Assembly (NCBI GenBank): GCA_051294375.1
Contig: CM119269.1
Location: forward strand, 21,251,665-21,315,664
Source of the DNA: Paraspadella gotoi
Lineage: Eukaryota; Animalia; Chaetognatha
DNA length: 64,000 nucleotides
Direction of reading: 5' to 3'
How positions within the stretch are numbered: the first letter of the stretch is position 1; each line of letters begins with the position of its first letter. The translations under genes and the position numbers were made by a program. A model generated the notes under the pieces. The model made no database searches. It was given only the letters and a program-made list of their open reading frames with translations, and was not told the origin of the DNA. Positions 12,282 to 24,206 of this stretch are shown piece by piece.

Positions 12282-13477
12282 GAAAATATTAAAAAAAAAA
12301 AAAAAAAAAAATTTAAGAAATGGTTGAAGAAAATACATGGTCTATGCATACGAATCGGCGTTAAATTTTCTATTTATTTTTGTACGGAATAGTAGCCACT
12401 TTCCGCCTTATCGAGTGTCTTTTCATGATAGTAAACGATGTTGGTAAAAATGAAAAATTAAAATTCACAATGTGACAATGAACGGTTGGGCCAATAACTG
12501 GTCCGTGCGGCCTGAGGTCCGTCTTGCACAAACTTCCAACTGAATCGCGTTGAGTGAAAAACCAAATACAGTGTATACCGGGGATGAAGTATCATTAACA
12601 CAACATTAATTACTGTCTGTAAAAGTCATTAACAGCAAAAGGAATCTGCAAATCGTACATTTTTAAGTGCACGAATACTTAACAAGTTTAATATTAGTTT
12701 AGTAAAAAAATGTCACAAATATATTTAAATTCTTTTTTAAAACTAGAATAACTTTTCTCTTTGATATATACAAAAGTATAAATAAGGGATTCACTATCAA
12801 GTTATCAAAGTTGTTGTCTAAGTTTATCGTTAATTTTTGTTATTGTATTTACAACGTTCCTCAAAGCAAACGATTGCACCATCATTTATCTACATTTTTC
12901 CATCCAAACAATCATTATTTATGATATATTGTTATCATTACCTCTACACTAACGACGTACATAGTTAAATTTTTTGTCCTTTTATATCAAACTATTTACT
13001 AGATTAAAACTGCATTTTCCCGACGTTAAAATTCTTATTTCATCTGGATGCGTTAAAAATAGTGATTTTTGTTTTGTTTTTGTCACGAGTAAAAACTTAA
13101 TCGTGTTGGCACGAAAAAATCTTAGCTAGATTTTTTGGCAGCTAATTTGTTTTATTTTTTTTCTTTTTTGTTTAAAAAATTTTCTACGCTTTCTACTTAA
13201 TCATTTGTAAAAGCTGTGAAAATGAGACACGTTTTATTTAGTCAACGAAATCATTTCCTCTGCGTGAATACAACGAAGTGATTTAAAACATAGAAATTCT
13301 CTGTACGTGGTGATAGCGAAATTCCAAGAAAAAAAAAAGAAAAAAAAAGCCATACTTAATTGGTTAAAAAAAGGAGAAAAAAACAAAAAACAAAAAAAAA
13401 AACCGTGAGGACGAGAAAATAAATTCCAATGGCTTCAGAATTTTAATTTTTATCTTGTTGTTGTTATTGCTTCGTCG

Positions 13478-15498
13478 CTACTGGGGAACCAGTGCCGATG
13501 TTTGCTGGCGTTCTTGTTGCCCTTTCTTGTTTTTGTCGTTATTCTTCCGCGCCTCCACCGCGTTCGTCGTTTTGATGCTGTTGCTGTTGTTGTTGTTGCT
13601 GTTGTTGGCGAGATCGAAAGTGAATTCTTTGCGTGGCATCGATTCGATTGTCGTCCACTTGAAAAGAACAACATCTTAAGTTAAAGAAATACATTGATAA
13701 AGAGTTTTCACATTAGGTTAAATAAAATAAAATATATTATTATTAAGTATGAATTTGAAAAATGCGATAGAATGCCATTTATAGGTTATAATTCTCGATT
13801 ATACAATCAAATTTTCGATTTTAATTTATTTTGATTTATTAATTAGAATTTTTAACTTCCATTTATCCAACCGAACTCTCTTTTTCGAGAATAGTTTGAA
13901 GCCGTATTTCATTATCACCTGCGCTTCTCAGAGGTGGCGCCGCGTTAAGGCGCGAGACGGCGCCATCTCCGCCTCCTCCTCCGCGCTTGATCCCGTGGGT
14001 GGATTTTGGGGCGTAGCGATTCTGAGAGGAGGAGGAAGCTTGACCGCTGCTGCCCGTGGTAGACAAGCCTGCATAAGGAAGCGGTCAGTTTAACAGTCGG
14101 CTAAAAGACCAAGTTATCAGTATCATTCCAGGTAGAGAGATTAATTAACAAAACAATTAGTCAAAATTAACGGCTATAAAGGATAAACAAAGAAATCCAT
14201 AACTGCGACGAAAGTATTAATGTTTAATGTTTCGTAGAATGATAAACAAACACTGTAAGAATGTTACTGGAAAGCAAGGAACAATAATTCCTGTTGTTAC
14301 GAAAAGCATCGCTGTTAAAAAGTAAACGAACGTTTGGGATTCTTCTTTTTTAAGATATACTTACTATAAATTTCTTCGAAAAATGAACGATACAAAAATG
14401 AAATAATTTCCAGTTAAGGATGAGTGACCTATGGCTATGCTATAAACTCCAGCAATTTTTTTTTTTCAATTGAGACAAAAGGAGAGAGTAAAATTAACCG
14501 GCCATATTTTCCCAAAACGCCTCATTTCATCTGAAATTTTGAATTTAAGTTAAAGATTAGACTGCAGGTTAGGGATTAGTTTAAGGATTAAGCTAATGAT
14601 TACTGTTATGGATTAGGTTAGCGATTCGGGTTAGGGATTTGGGTTTAAGGTTAAAGGTGAGGGATAGAAATTAAAGATAAGGATTTAGGGTGAGGTTTTG
14701 AAATTAGGTTAAGGGTCGGGATTAAGGGCAGGGATTAAGGTTAGGTTTTGGATTAGAAATTTAAAAAGATGTTTAATTTAAAATCAAATTCATGGATAAA
14801 GGAACAGAAATGGGACGCTCTGGAAAAAGATAACATTTTTTTGACTATGAATAAAGAATCCAAATATAATTGATGATTAGAAGTTCAGAATATTTCTTGT
14901 TCTGAACTTTTGCCTCAATAAAAAAAAATCATACTGCAGAGTCATCTCTTTTTTTTTTCGCTCGGCAGCTCGAGTCTCGCGACCCACTTACCGCAGTGTC
15001 GACATTCTTCAGACGCAAATCAAGAAAAACTCGTTGAATGTCCGTACAACCGAAATATTGGCTCTAATTACTTTTACAGTACAAATCGGTCTCGCTGCGT
15101 GTTTTTTTTCTTAGCTGAAACCTAAAACGGTAAAGCAAGATTTACCTGAACCCGGTTTCACTGTGATGTAATTTGTGAGTTTGTAGTAATCGAGAAAAGT
15201 TCGAGCCAAATTTCTACCAAGTTTCATGTATCCTTCTTCGTTGTACGGCATAGCCTGGATGGGGGCGAGGGATATACGTATACTCAATATCGTTATCAAA
15301 TATGTGTTCTTTTGTTCGCACTTGAGAGCTCGACGATGGCAAAAAGGAGAAGAAGGAAACTTCCAAAGTGTAGCAATGAGAATTGGCGTCCAAAATTCCA
15401 CCCAAAGTCCGTCGACCAGTTCCGGCTTTTACCGCATCTCTGGAGACAAAATATCGTTCAACTTTTTGAGAAATTAACATTAAGATATAGGGAAAAAG

Positions 15499-15595
<97 letters not shown>

Positions 15596-15603
15596 AGAGA
15601 GAT

Positions 15604-15649
<46 letters not shown>

Positions 15650-17001
15650 ATTCACACATTCGTCGTGTTATCCAACCTATTAAAAGAAGTGTTGCTCATG
15701 GAAAAGTCTTCGGCGTTGGCGCAGAGGAGTTTGGGAAATGTGCACTGGCGTTCGTAGCGGGCGAGATCCTCGTAGATGTTTCCGTACATGAAGCCGTTCA
15801 TGAGGGTGGAGTGGGCGTGGATGTCGATGTAAAAGTCTAAGGGGGGGGGGTGATGTCCATGGAAAAAATGAAACTAAATATCAATGCGAGCAGAATTTTA
15901 CATAGATGGACGTAGAAGCATAGAAAATTGTTTTTTACCATTTAAATAAAAAACTCTTACAAACGAATTTTATTTTTCTTCTTAATTAGCAAAATACCTT
16001 TTAAGGTCTTGCTTTTAGTGCATTAATTAATTAATTCATTCATTCATTCATTCATTTACGAAATCATTTATTTCATTGCTTCTTTCGGTCATTAATTCCA
16101 CTCCCCAGGTAGGTTCTTTATTTATCATACGTATGTCAACCGCCAGATCTCGTCCCGACACTTTCTCGTTTTTCTTCATTTGTTTAACAACTCCATCTAT
16201 TACAACCGACGACAGATGACGGCAGACGACGCAAATCACTCATTCACTGAGTCGTGGTGGTCGTTTTAACTTACTAATAATAAACTTACCCAAATCGACC
16301 TTTTCGTTCCTGTCGTAATCCATGAGGAGATTCTTGGTGGCGTAGAGGGTTGGGTGCGCCCAGGGCGATGGGTCCAACCAGTGACGGTTAAGGTCGAACC
16401 CCATTAGGGAGCACCTCGTTAATTGAATAGTTTTTGTTAGATCTTTAATGATAGTTACTGTTTGCGTAATTTAAATACGGGCGGAAAAACCTGTAATTGC
16501 CCAGATAAACGCCGTCGGGATTAAGCATCGGGACAATCTTGAAGATGATGTGGTCGCGCAGGATTCGAGCGACGGGGTGGGAGGAGATGAGGAAGTCGAC
16601 GAACCCCTGGACCACGAAGGAGGCGGGGGTCTCTCCGGGGTGCACGCGGCCTCGAATGTGGAGAGTGTTGGCAGTGTTGGAGACAAGTGCCGGAAAATAA
16701 TCAATCAGCTGAGATCTTTTTTCCCCCCACTTACCGGTGACGAAGACAATCTTTCGCTTGTCCAAGTGGTTCATGTTCTCGTTGGAGGTGATGGTAAGGA
16801 TGTCCAGCCGACGCTGCTGCACCGAAAGCGCCATCAACTCTCGATGGAAGAAATCGTACTTCTTTTTCTCTAAGACCGGAAATGAGTGAGAGAGATGGTG
16901 AGAGATGGTGAGCGATTGTGAGAGATTGTGAGCGATTGAGAGAGATACAAAGAGAAAGAAAAAATGAAAGGAAATAGAAAGAGAAGGGAGAAGAGAACGG
17001 T

Positions 17002-17096
<95 letters not shown>

Positions 17097-18155
17097 TTAC
17101 ATCTTAGCGTTTGACGTCATCCATGGAGATATTGGACACTATTTTAGTTAATTCTAAGCGACAAACACAACCAGTAATTAATTATCAATTAAGTTTCCCT
17201 AACCTATGCCGTCCAAGTAGGTCTGCAGCCGGGTGTAAGTATAAGGGAAGCAGTAGGCGAACTGATAAACGTCATCCTCAACGTCGAAGCAGAATGAAAA
17301 GGACATGACGTAATTCCGCCGGTGATCGGGACACCGGTAGTAGTAGACGTTTTTGGCCGGGATGCGAACCCACTTGGGTCTTGGTGAGGAGAGCATAAGT
17401 TGGTTTTTATTTTTACTGTTAATCTTAAGCTTTAAGGCGTCGGGTGGTCTCGTAAATACAAAAACCTCTCGTATTGATAATATTGGCAATATTATTGCGA
17501 GGAATATCTCACCTGGAGGAGCTCTTGACCAGCGGCGACATGCCGTCCCGGTAAAGCGACTTGGTCTTTGAGAAATTGACGATGTTGAAGATGACGCGTT
17601 GTTCCGCGCGGACGTTTTCCACGGTGAAGTTGAACCAAACGCGAAAGCGTGGATTGCAAGTGTCGGGGCGAATGAACAGATCGAATTCAAATTCTGCCGC
17701 GCAAAATATAAGAGAATAAATAAATAAATGAATCAATCAATCAATCAACCAATAAATCAAATGAAAATTAAGAAATGATTGGATAAATGATTGATTAATT
17801 GATTGATGGATTGATTAAACGAATGCTCGAATGAATAAATGAATCAATAAGAAAATAAATACATAAATCAATCAATTCATCTATTAATTAATCGAAATAG
17901 TTTGATTTTTTATTTTAGTATTTAGTATAAATGTTTTTTGTATTGATATTGATATATAAAGACCATAATACCGGTGATGTAGTCGACCCTCCCTAGATTG
18001 CCGCTCTCGAAGCAGGCGTCGAAGATCAGCTGTCCCTTCTTGGGTTTGGCGTTAAACCCCGGCGGCGCCACGAGCAACTTGTTGACGTTGCCGACGACGG
18101 AATCGTCGGCGCCGGCCTCGGACTCGCTGCCGGAATCGCACTTTCGGTCCGACAT
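13478..18155 (-). CDS. AGBL4: Cytosolic carboxypeptidase 6 (AGBL4/CCP6, tubulin deglutamylase), ~9-10 coding exons
   Basis: Spliced translation includes [154 protein letters not shown] and [16 protein letters not shown], near-identical to recalled AGBL4. The last two exons (~13919-14068, ~13478-13676) are less certain. Confidence 0.96.
14502..14832. mobile_element. MITE-like element with telomere-like internal repeats, in an AGBL4 intron
   Basis: atattttcccaaaacgcctcatttc (~14505) resembles the reverse complement of gaaatgggacgctctggaaaaagat (~14807), and the pair flanks a (GGTTAG/GGATTA)n tract. Confidence 0.45.
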
Positions 18156-18436
18156 GTTGGCGTTGACGTCGAGGGGCGTGGCGCGCTCAGTAAATCGGCG
18201 CCACCTCTTCTCGAGAGGGCGAGTCGATCGGTGACATCATTCGTCGCTTTGCCAATTATTCTATGGAGGGAATAAAGAATTTTAACAAAATATGCGAAAA
18301 TAATTAAATTTTACCAAAAAAAAAAAAAAAAGCAAAAAGAAAAGTCCATAAACGGACAAACCTTTTCTATCTAATTAGACAATCGAATCCAAAGGAAAAG
18401 TCTACAACCAGGAAGCCTTTGTTCTTGCGTCTTTTC

Positions 18437-18519
18437 GTTGCTATGGACGCAATGTCGTCTGCAGCACCGGAGGTTTCGTGTCCGAAATCGTCAAGCGCGG
18501 AATGAACGTTTGGTAAACA
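18437..18519. promoter_or_regulatory. Candidate ciliary promoter: RFX X-box-like site plus forkhead site upstream of AGBL4
   Basis: GTTGCTATGGACGC (~18437-18450) is a partial match to GTTGCYATGGNAAC; GTAAACA at 18513-18519. Both lie just upstream of a putative non-coding first exon (donor near 18361). Confidence 0.4.
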
Positions 18520-18959
18520 AAAGCCAATAAAAAGGATAAAAGTCAGGAATAATTAGATTAGTTGACTAAATATTAGTTTTTAATTTTATAACTTCTTTCA
18601 AAAAGCTCGTAAAGAGTCTTTCTCGATAAATAAAAACTGAGAACACTAGTAAAACGAAACTTTGTTTTAATTTTTACTTTGTGGTACGAAAAGTCATCTG
18701 GTGCGAACTTTTAAAATCAAACAAAAGAATTAGAGGCAGAAAAGTAGAAATATAGAGTAAACAATTTCTATAGTTTATTACCTACGCCATGAATCTTTAA
18801 TGTCAAATACATTAAAAATTAATTGGCTTAAATAAGGGAAAATTCTTATGCCCTTAAATGATATAAAAAAGAGCTGCGACAATCTGATCATCATTATCAA
18901 TTGACAATATCCTTATCTTTTTTTTTATCCTTATCCTTATCTCCTCTCTCTCTCTCTCC

Positions 18960-19062
<103 letters not shown>

Positions 19063-19510
19063 CGTGCTCGTTTCATGCAGTTTAAAATCGAACTTCTAAT
19101 CATAAGTACAACTCGACAAACCAGGAAATTCCTCCAAAACAATGAAGTGGTAACTAAAACAACTTTCCGATTTGGAATGCTTCGGTGGCATGGAATAATT
19201 TCAAGTAAAAAGTAAGTAATGTTGGAGGGGAAAAAGTGAAAATCACCTTCACCAGGATTTTTAAATTGTCAGTCTCTCTTTATAAATCTCTCTGTTTCTC
19301 TCTTTCTTTCTCTCTCTCTCTCTCTCTTTCTCTCTCTCCCTTTCTCTCTGTCTCTCTCTCTCGTTTTCTCCCTCTATCTCTCACTTACAGTCACACTGTA
19401 AAATGCACACAGGCTATGCATAACTTGCATTTGGCCTAAAAAACTATTAATTCTCGTCTCCATCTCTCTCTTTATCTCTCTTTCTATCTCTTCTCTCACT
19501 CAGCCACTCG

Positions 19511-19958
19511 ATGGGCAGTTGCGCCTCCCTCCCGGCCGGATACTCCGAACTCGCGAGCCACAGCCTCAAGCGGCGACAAAACGGGAAACTCGTCCGCGTA
19601 ACCGGCTACAAATGCTACGGGGAATCGCTCGTCAAGAGGCGTCGGACCGACTTTCGAATCCGCTTCAAAGATGCGGCGGACTGCGTCATTTTCTACAGGT
19701 TGAGAGTAAAAAAGAGAGAGAGAGAGGGATTGAGAAATGTAGAGACAATGAACGACTCAAGGAAAGAGATTGTCATTTAAATTAATAAATAAATCAATAA
19801 ATAACTGAATAAATATTTAAAATTTGCTTTCGTTTCCCAGGGATCGATCAAAGGCAAGACCACCTTACGAGGAGAAGGAACAAACTTTGGCTGAAATCTT
19901 GGACGAAGGATTCGAGGTGGAAAGACCGGCGGTGGGGAGGAGGGTGGGAGGGTGGTGA
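19511..19958 (+). CDS. Small uncharacterised protein (~100 aa) with N-terminal MGSCAS acylation motif; exons 19511-19698, 19841-19958
   Basis: Donor GTAAGT at 19212, pyrimidine-rich acceptor CAG at 19501-19503, in-phase intron 19699-19840, GC-rich coding-like composition. The 3' end may be frameshifted in a purine run. Confidence 0.55.
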
Positions 19959-21240
19959 GAGGCGGGTGGAAGGAGAGGAGGTAGGGGAAAACGAAGGGTG
20001 AGGCCGGGAGAAGAAGAGGACATGGCTTCTCTCAACGTTGGAACGGACCCTGTCAATACAATCAAGACTTGACGAGGTACGAGAGGAAAGAGGAGGAGAA
20101 GGAGAAGTGAATTTCAATGACTTTTGAATTTTTAATTCTTTTCTATTTCGCTCTTTGAATAGTGTTATTTGGTTTGTATAATTTTCCTCTCAAATAATTA
20201 ATTTTTTTCCCTTTTTTTCAAACAGAGGCGTTTTCGTTTTCCTAAAATCGTAGTTAGCATCGAAAAAAAAAGCTTGAGCTATTATATATTTTTCTTTATT
20301 TCTTATTTCTTGTATTTTTTTAAACAATAAGCTCTTCCTTCGCCGAAGTCTCGCTTTGGCCTTAATCCATGGATTTGACACTTCGGGTCGCTCAGGTTTG
20401 TTTGAAAGACACGAGAGAGAGAGAGAGATAGAGAATCGGCGAAAAAAAAGAGTCATTCTATTACACCTAATAATCCACCTTAAAAAATGTAATGAGCGGA
20501 ATACAAACGTTTATTTACAACGATTAAACTTTTTAAAACGGATGCACAATTGAACAATCGCACATGCTTGTTAAAGCGAATCAAAAATCGAGAATCTAAG
20601 CTACATAAAAACCTCAGTTCGGGCACATCGAAAGCTTTAAAATCGAAACTCGATATCATCATATGAATTATAAAATAAATAATAAATTAATGATCGGTAA
20701 TCTAAACTGAAACGAATCCGAACAAAACAATGAAGTCAACGTGTCTCCATGTTATAGATTTGACAAAAAAATAAAAAAAGAACTGAATGGTTTTGAAAAA
20801 AACATTTTAGCTTCGTTAAATTAGTAAAACTAAAAATAAAGAAATATGGAAGTCGATTAAAATTCACTCAAAATGGACTCTGGTGACGAAGACGTTTTTC
20901 GCGCGTCCGAAGACAAAGATTCGCCGCCGATTTTGACGTCGACGGAGAAAATTTCGTCCAAGGTGACGCCGACGATGACGCCGACGTTTGACGAGTCGGC
21001 GACGTCAACGAAGCGGAAGAGTTCGTCGGCGACCTCGAGCGAAAGCGGACGGAGTAAAAAGGTTGTTGTTATTATTGTTATTGTTGTTGTTTCGTTTTCT
21101 ACGGTCAACTCTTTTTTAAGAATTTCTTTCGATCGCTGTGCTTTTTGTGGGTTTTCGTTTTAATTTCGGCCAATCGAAGTTTTCAATCGTCGATAAAAAA
21201 AAAAATATCTCACAGCAGTGACAGCAACTTTCGAACTTCG

Positions 21241-24206
21241 TTATCGCCGAAAAAGGAAATGCATGCGACAGTTATGGTCAGTAAAGTCGGTAAAGCAATG
21301 AACGTCCAAGAGGAATCCTTGGAACCAGAAACTCAAGAAGCAGAGAGTCAAAACGAAAATGCCATATTTGGAGTTGTTGGTCGAGATCGACCCTGAGCCG
21401 GATGTCAACCACTCGAGAAAATCTCCGGCGCCGCCGAATCCGCTCTTCGCGTCGTCCGCGCTGGCGGAGGGCGCCGCCTTGACTTCGGGCGCGACGGTGA
21501 CGTCGTCGGCGTTGAGGTCGTCTTTTCGCAAGTCGATGACGTTGCTCTTTTGTTTCGCGTCGTCGTCGCGATTTTGTTTTTCCAACGGAAGAATCATCGG
21601 AGTTTTCAGCGTCACCTCGCGGACGCTTTCGCCTCCTTCGCTTTCGGTCAGCGCTGTCACGCTTATAACAACCGTGGCGCCCTCTTCAAACCCGCAGATC
21701 TTTGTCTTTGTCGTTTCTGGCGCCAACGTCTGATCCGGCGTCGTCGTCATCGTCTTTTGGCTTTCGGCGCCGCCATAACGCCACGTCAAGCGCCATCCCA
21801 CAGAGGGCGCGGCGTTTTCGACGTCAACGTCTTCGCCATGACGCCAACTGACGATCGCGCACATGGAGTCTTCGGCGACCACGACGACGGCAGTTAGATT
21901 TCGCGGCGGCGCGGCGGTCGGCGCCGGGCGGTGGGGTGGCCCAAGCTCCCGACTTGGCGCCGCCTCACGGGCGTCGCACTTTGGCGAAACTGAGCCCGTC
22001 ACGAAGATCTCGTGGCAACGCGGGACGTGAACGAAGAGGCGCGTCTCCGGACCCGGCACGGGCGCCTCGGCCCGCGGGCGCACTCGCACCAAGTAGCGGC
22101 ACCCGAATCGAAGATCGAATATGTCGTAGGAAGATTCGCGCGTCGTCGCCGACATCGACGGAGTCGCAGCTTTGAGGGCGTTCGACGAAGACGCTCCCGC
22201 CACCTCGCACTCGTCCGGCGCCCAACGAAGCGTCACCCAATCGGCGCCGCCCGCGCTTCCGTCGACGGCGCCGCTCTCCCACGAGACGCGCGCCTTGACG
22301 AGGCCATGGCGGAAGTAGGGGCGACCGGAAGTGACGTTTCGAAGCGGCGCCGGGCGAGAGCGGGCGGAGGAGGATGAGGAAGAGGAGGAAGAGAGATTTA
22401 TGAGAGAGTCGGGAAAAGCGGCGGCGAGGGGATTTGAGGAGGACGAGGAGGAGGAGGAGGAGGAGGAGGAGGTGGAGGAGGAGGAGGAGGATCCGCCGAG
22501 TCGTCGATCAGAAATCGCCGACGCCGGTTTGAGACCGACCACCCTCGAAAGCAGCGGCGTCGCGGCGTCGATGTGGATTTCGGCGTCGTTCGTCGCCGTC
22601 TTGTCTTTGTTTCCTTTTTTCCAAGTCTTTCCTCTGCCGTGTTTGCCTTTCAATTTCGATTCTTTGTCCTTGTTTCTAGCGTCTTTGTCCTTGCGCCCCA
22701 TCGTTTCGAAAGTGGACACGAACAGATGCGATCGCTCGCTCCTCAGTTTCTCTTCGCCGTACATGATGATCGCTTGCACCTGAACCACGTAGATGCTGTT
22801 CGGCTGCAGGTTGGCCAGCTGGTACTCGCATCGAGATCCTGAAGAAGTTCGAGATCGATTAAGGAGAAATTGAGTCGGACAGATCCATGATTAAAGGATC
22901 TATCGTTTGCATAAAAAATGAATAACAACTGCGCCATGGCGAAAAAAGAAAAGAGACGAGGAAATTCAAAATCAAAACGACTGTCACGCCACTCCACGCC
23001 TACCGGGTAATTCAAAACGACTGTCACGCCACTCCACGCCTACCGGGTATCGTCTTCTTCTCCTCGTCATCCTCAGCGTCCTTGGCGCGACCGACGCCGG
23101 GCATTCCCTTCCTCCAGGAGATTTTATACTTGTCGATGGGAAGATCGGTCCGCTTGGGTTCCCCCCAGCGGACGAGGGCTTGAAACCTTGGAACTCCGTC
23201 GCTGAGGACGGGTACGAGCCCGACTTGGGTGAGGTTGTGCGGCGGAGACGGGTGCTTTGGCTCCCGCCGCAGCTTGAAACCCTCCGTCGTCTCGGAGAAG
23301 CCCAAGCTCCCGTCGACGCCGACCGACGCCACCCGGAAGGCGTACCATCGACCGACGGCCAACTCGCGGGTGTCGACGACCCGCTTGTTGGCCACGAGGG
23401 AGAGATGGCTCCATTCCTTGAGGAGCATTCGGTTGAAGTGTCGCCCCTGGTGCCATCTTGCTTGGACCACGTAGACGATGGGATGGGATTTGTCATTGTC
23501 GTCGTTGTCGTCGCCGTCCTTGTCCAAGTCCCACTTCAGCCTTGCGGAGAGTTTTCCTGTAATCTCTGATACAGTCAGCGCGGTCGGCCGTGGCGGATAC
23601 GCGTCGGGTGGAATTGCGACGGCATTGGCGCAGTCACGTCGGCAGCCGACGCTGCAGCACTTAGCGCCGAAGTCGCAGTCGGAATCGGTGGAGCAAGTTA
23701 CGCTGCAGCTTGTGCCTCGGCGGTAGAGGGTCTGTAAAGGAAAAGAGTTCATTGGAAGAAGGGGAAAGATAAAAACAAGACAATTTTTCGTACCATACCC
23801 TTCCCCCACACCTTACCCTGGGGGACGGGCATTCTCCTGGTGCGGGCGCCGTCGGCATTTCCGCCAAAAACCGGCAAGATGCCCGACATTCGGAGTCGTC
23901 GGCCTGACAGAACCCTAGGCACTTGGCGGCGGCGTTGTGGACGACGTCGGCGGTGTCCGCTGCAACAACGCCCACGTCGCAAGGCCGCACGCACGACGAG
24001 CAACTTTGGTCGCGGAGGCACGTCTCCAGATTCGCGTCCAGATCCTTCAGGGACGGAGACGCCGAGAGGAAGGCGCGAAGTCGCGAGAGACAACGCGCGC
24101 GACATCGAGCGGAGCGAAGTTCGCGAGGGCGGGAGGGGGGCGAGGGGTTTGCAAAGGTGGGCGGGAGGAGGAGGAGAAGGAAGAAGGCGAGGCGGAGGTG
24201 AATCAT
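21241..24206 (-). CDS. ANOS1: Anosmin-1/KAL1-like protein (signal peptide, Cys-rich region, WAP, FN3 repeats); exons 24206-23817, 23731-23044, 22838-~21241
   Basis: MIHLRLAFFLLLLLPPTFA signal peptide; RSARCRARCLS...CSSCVRPC...CRASCRFL...PGECP; WAP CSVTCSTDSDCDFGAKCCSVGCRRDC; FN3 motifs PIVYVVQARWHQG..GRWYAFRVASVGVDGSLGFS, DLPIDKYKISW, LANLQPNSIYVVQVQAIIMYGEEKLRS, DLRFGCRYLVRVR. Splice phases are consistent. Confidence 0.9.

Noticed and set aside
14565-14760. Telomere or chromosome-fusion relic
   Set aside because: Highly degenerate, intronic and bounded by inverted repeats, so more likely MITE-internal.
20873-22783. Plus-strand ORFs opposite anosmin
   Set aside because: Antisense shadows of a GC-rich coding region with no independent family signal.
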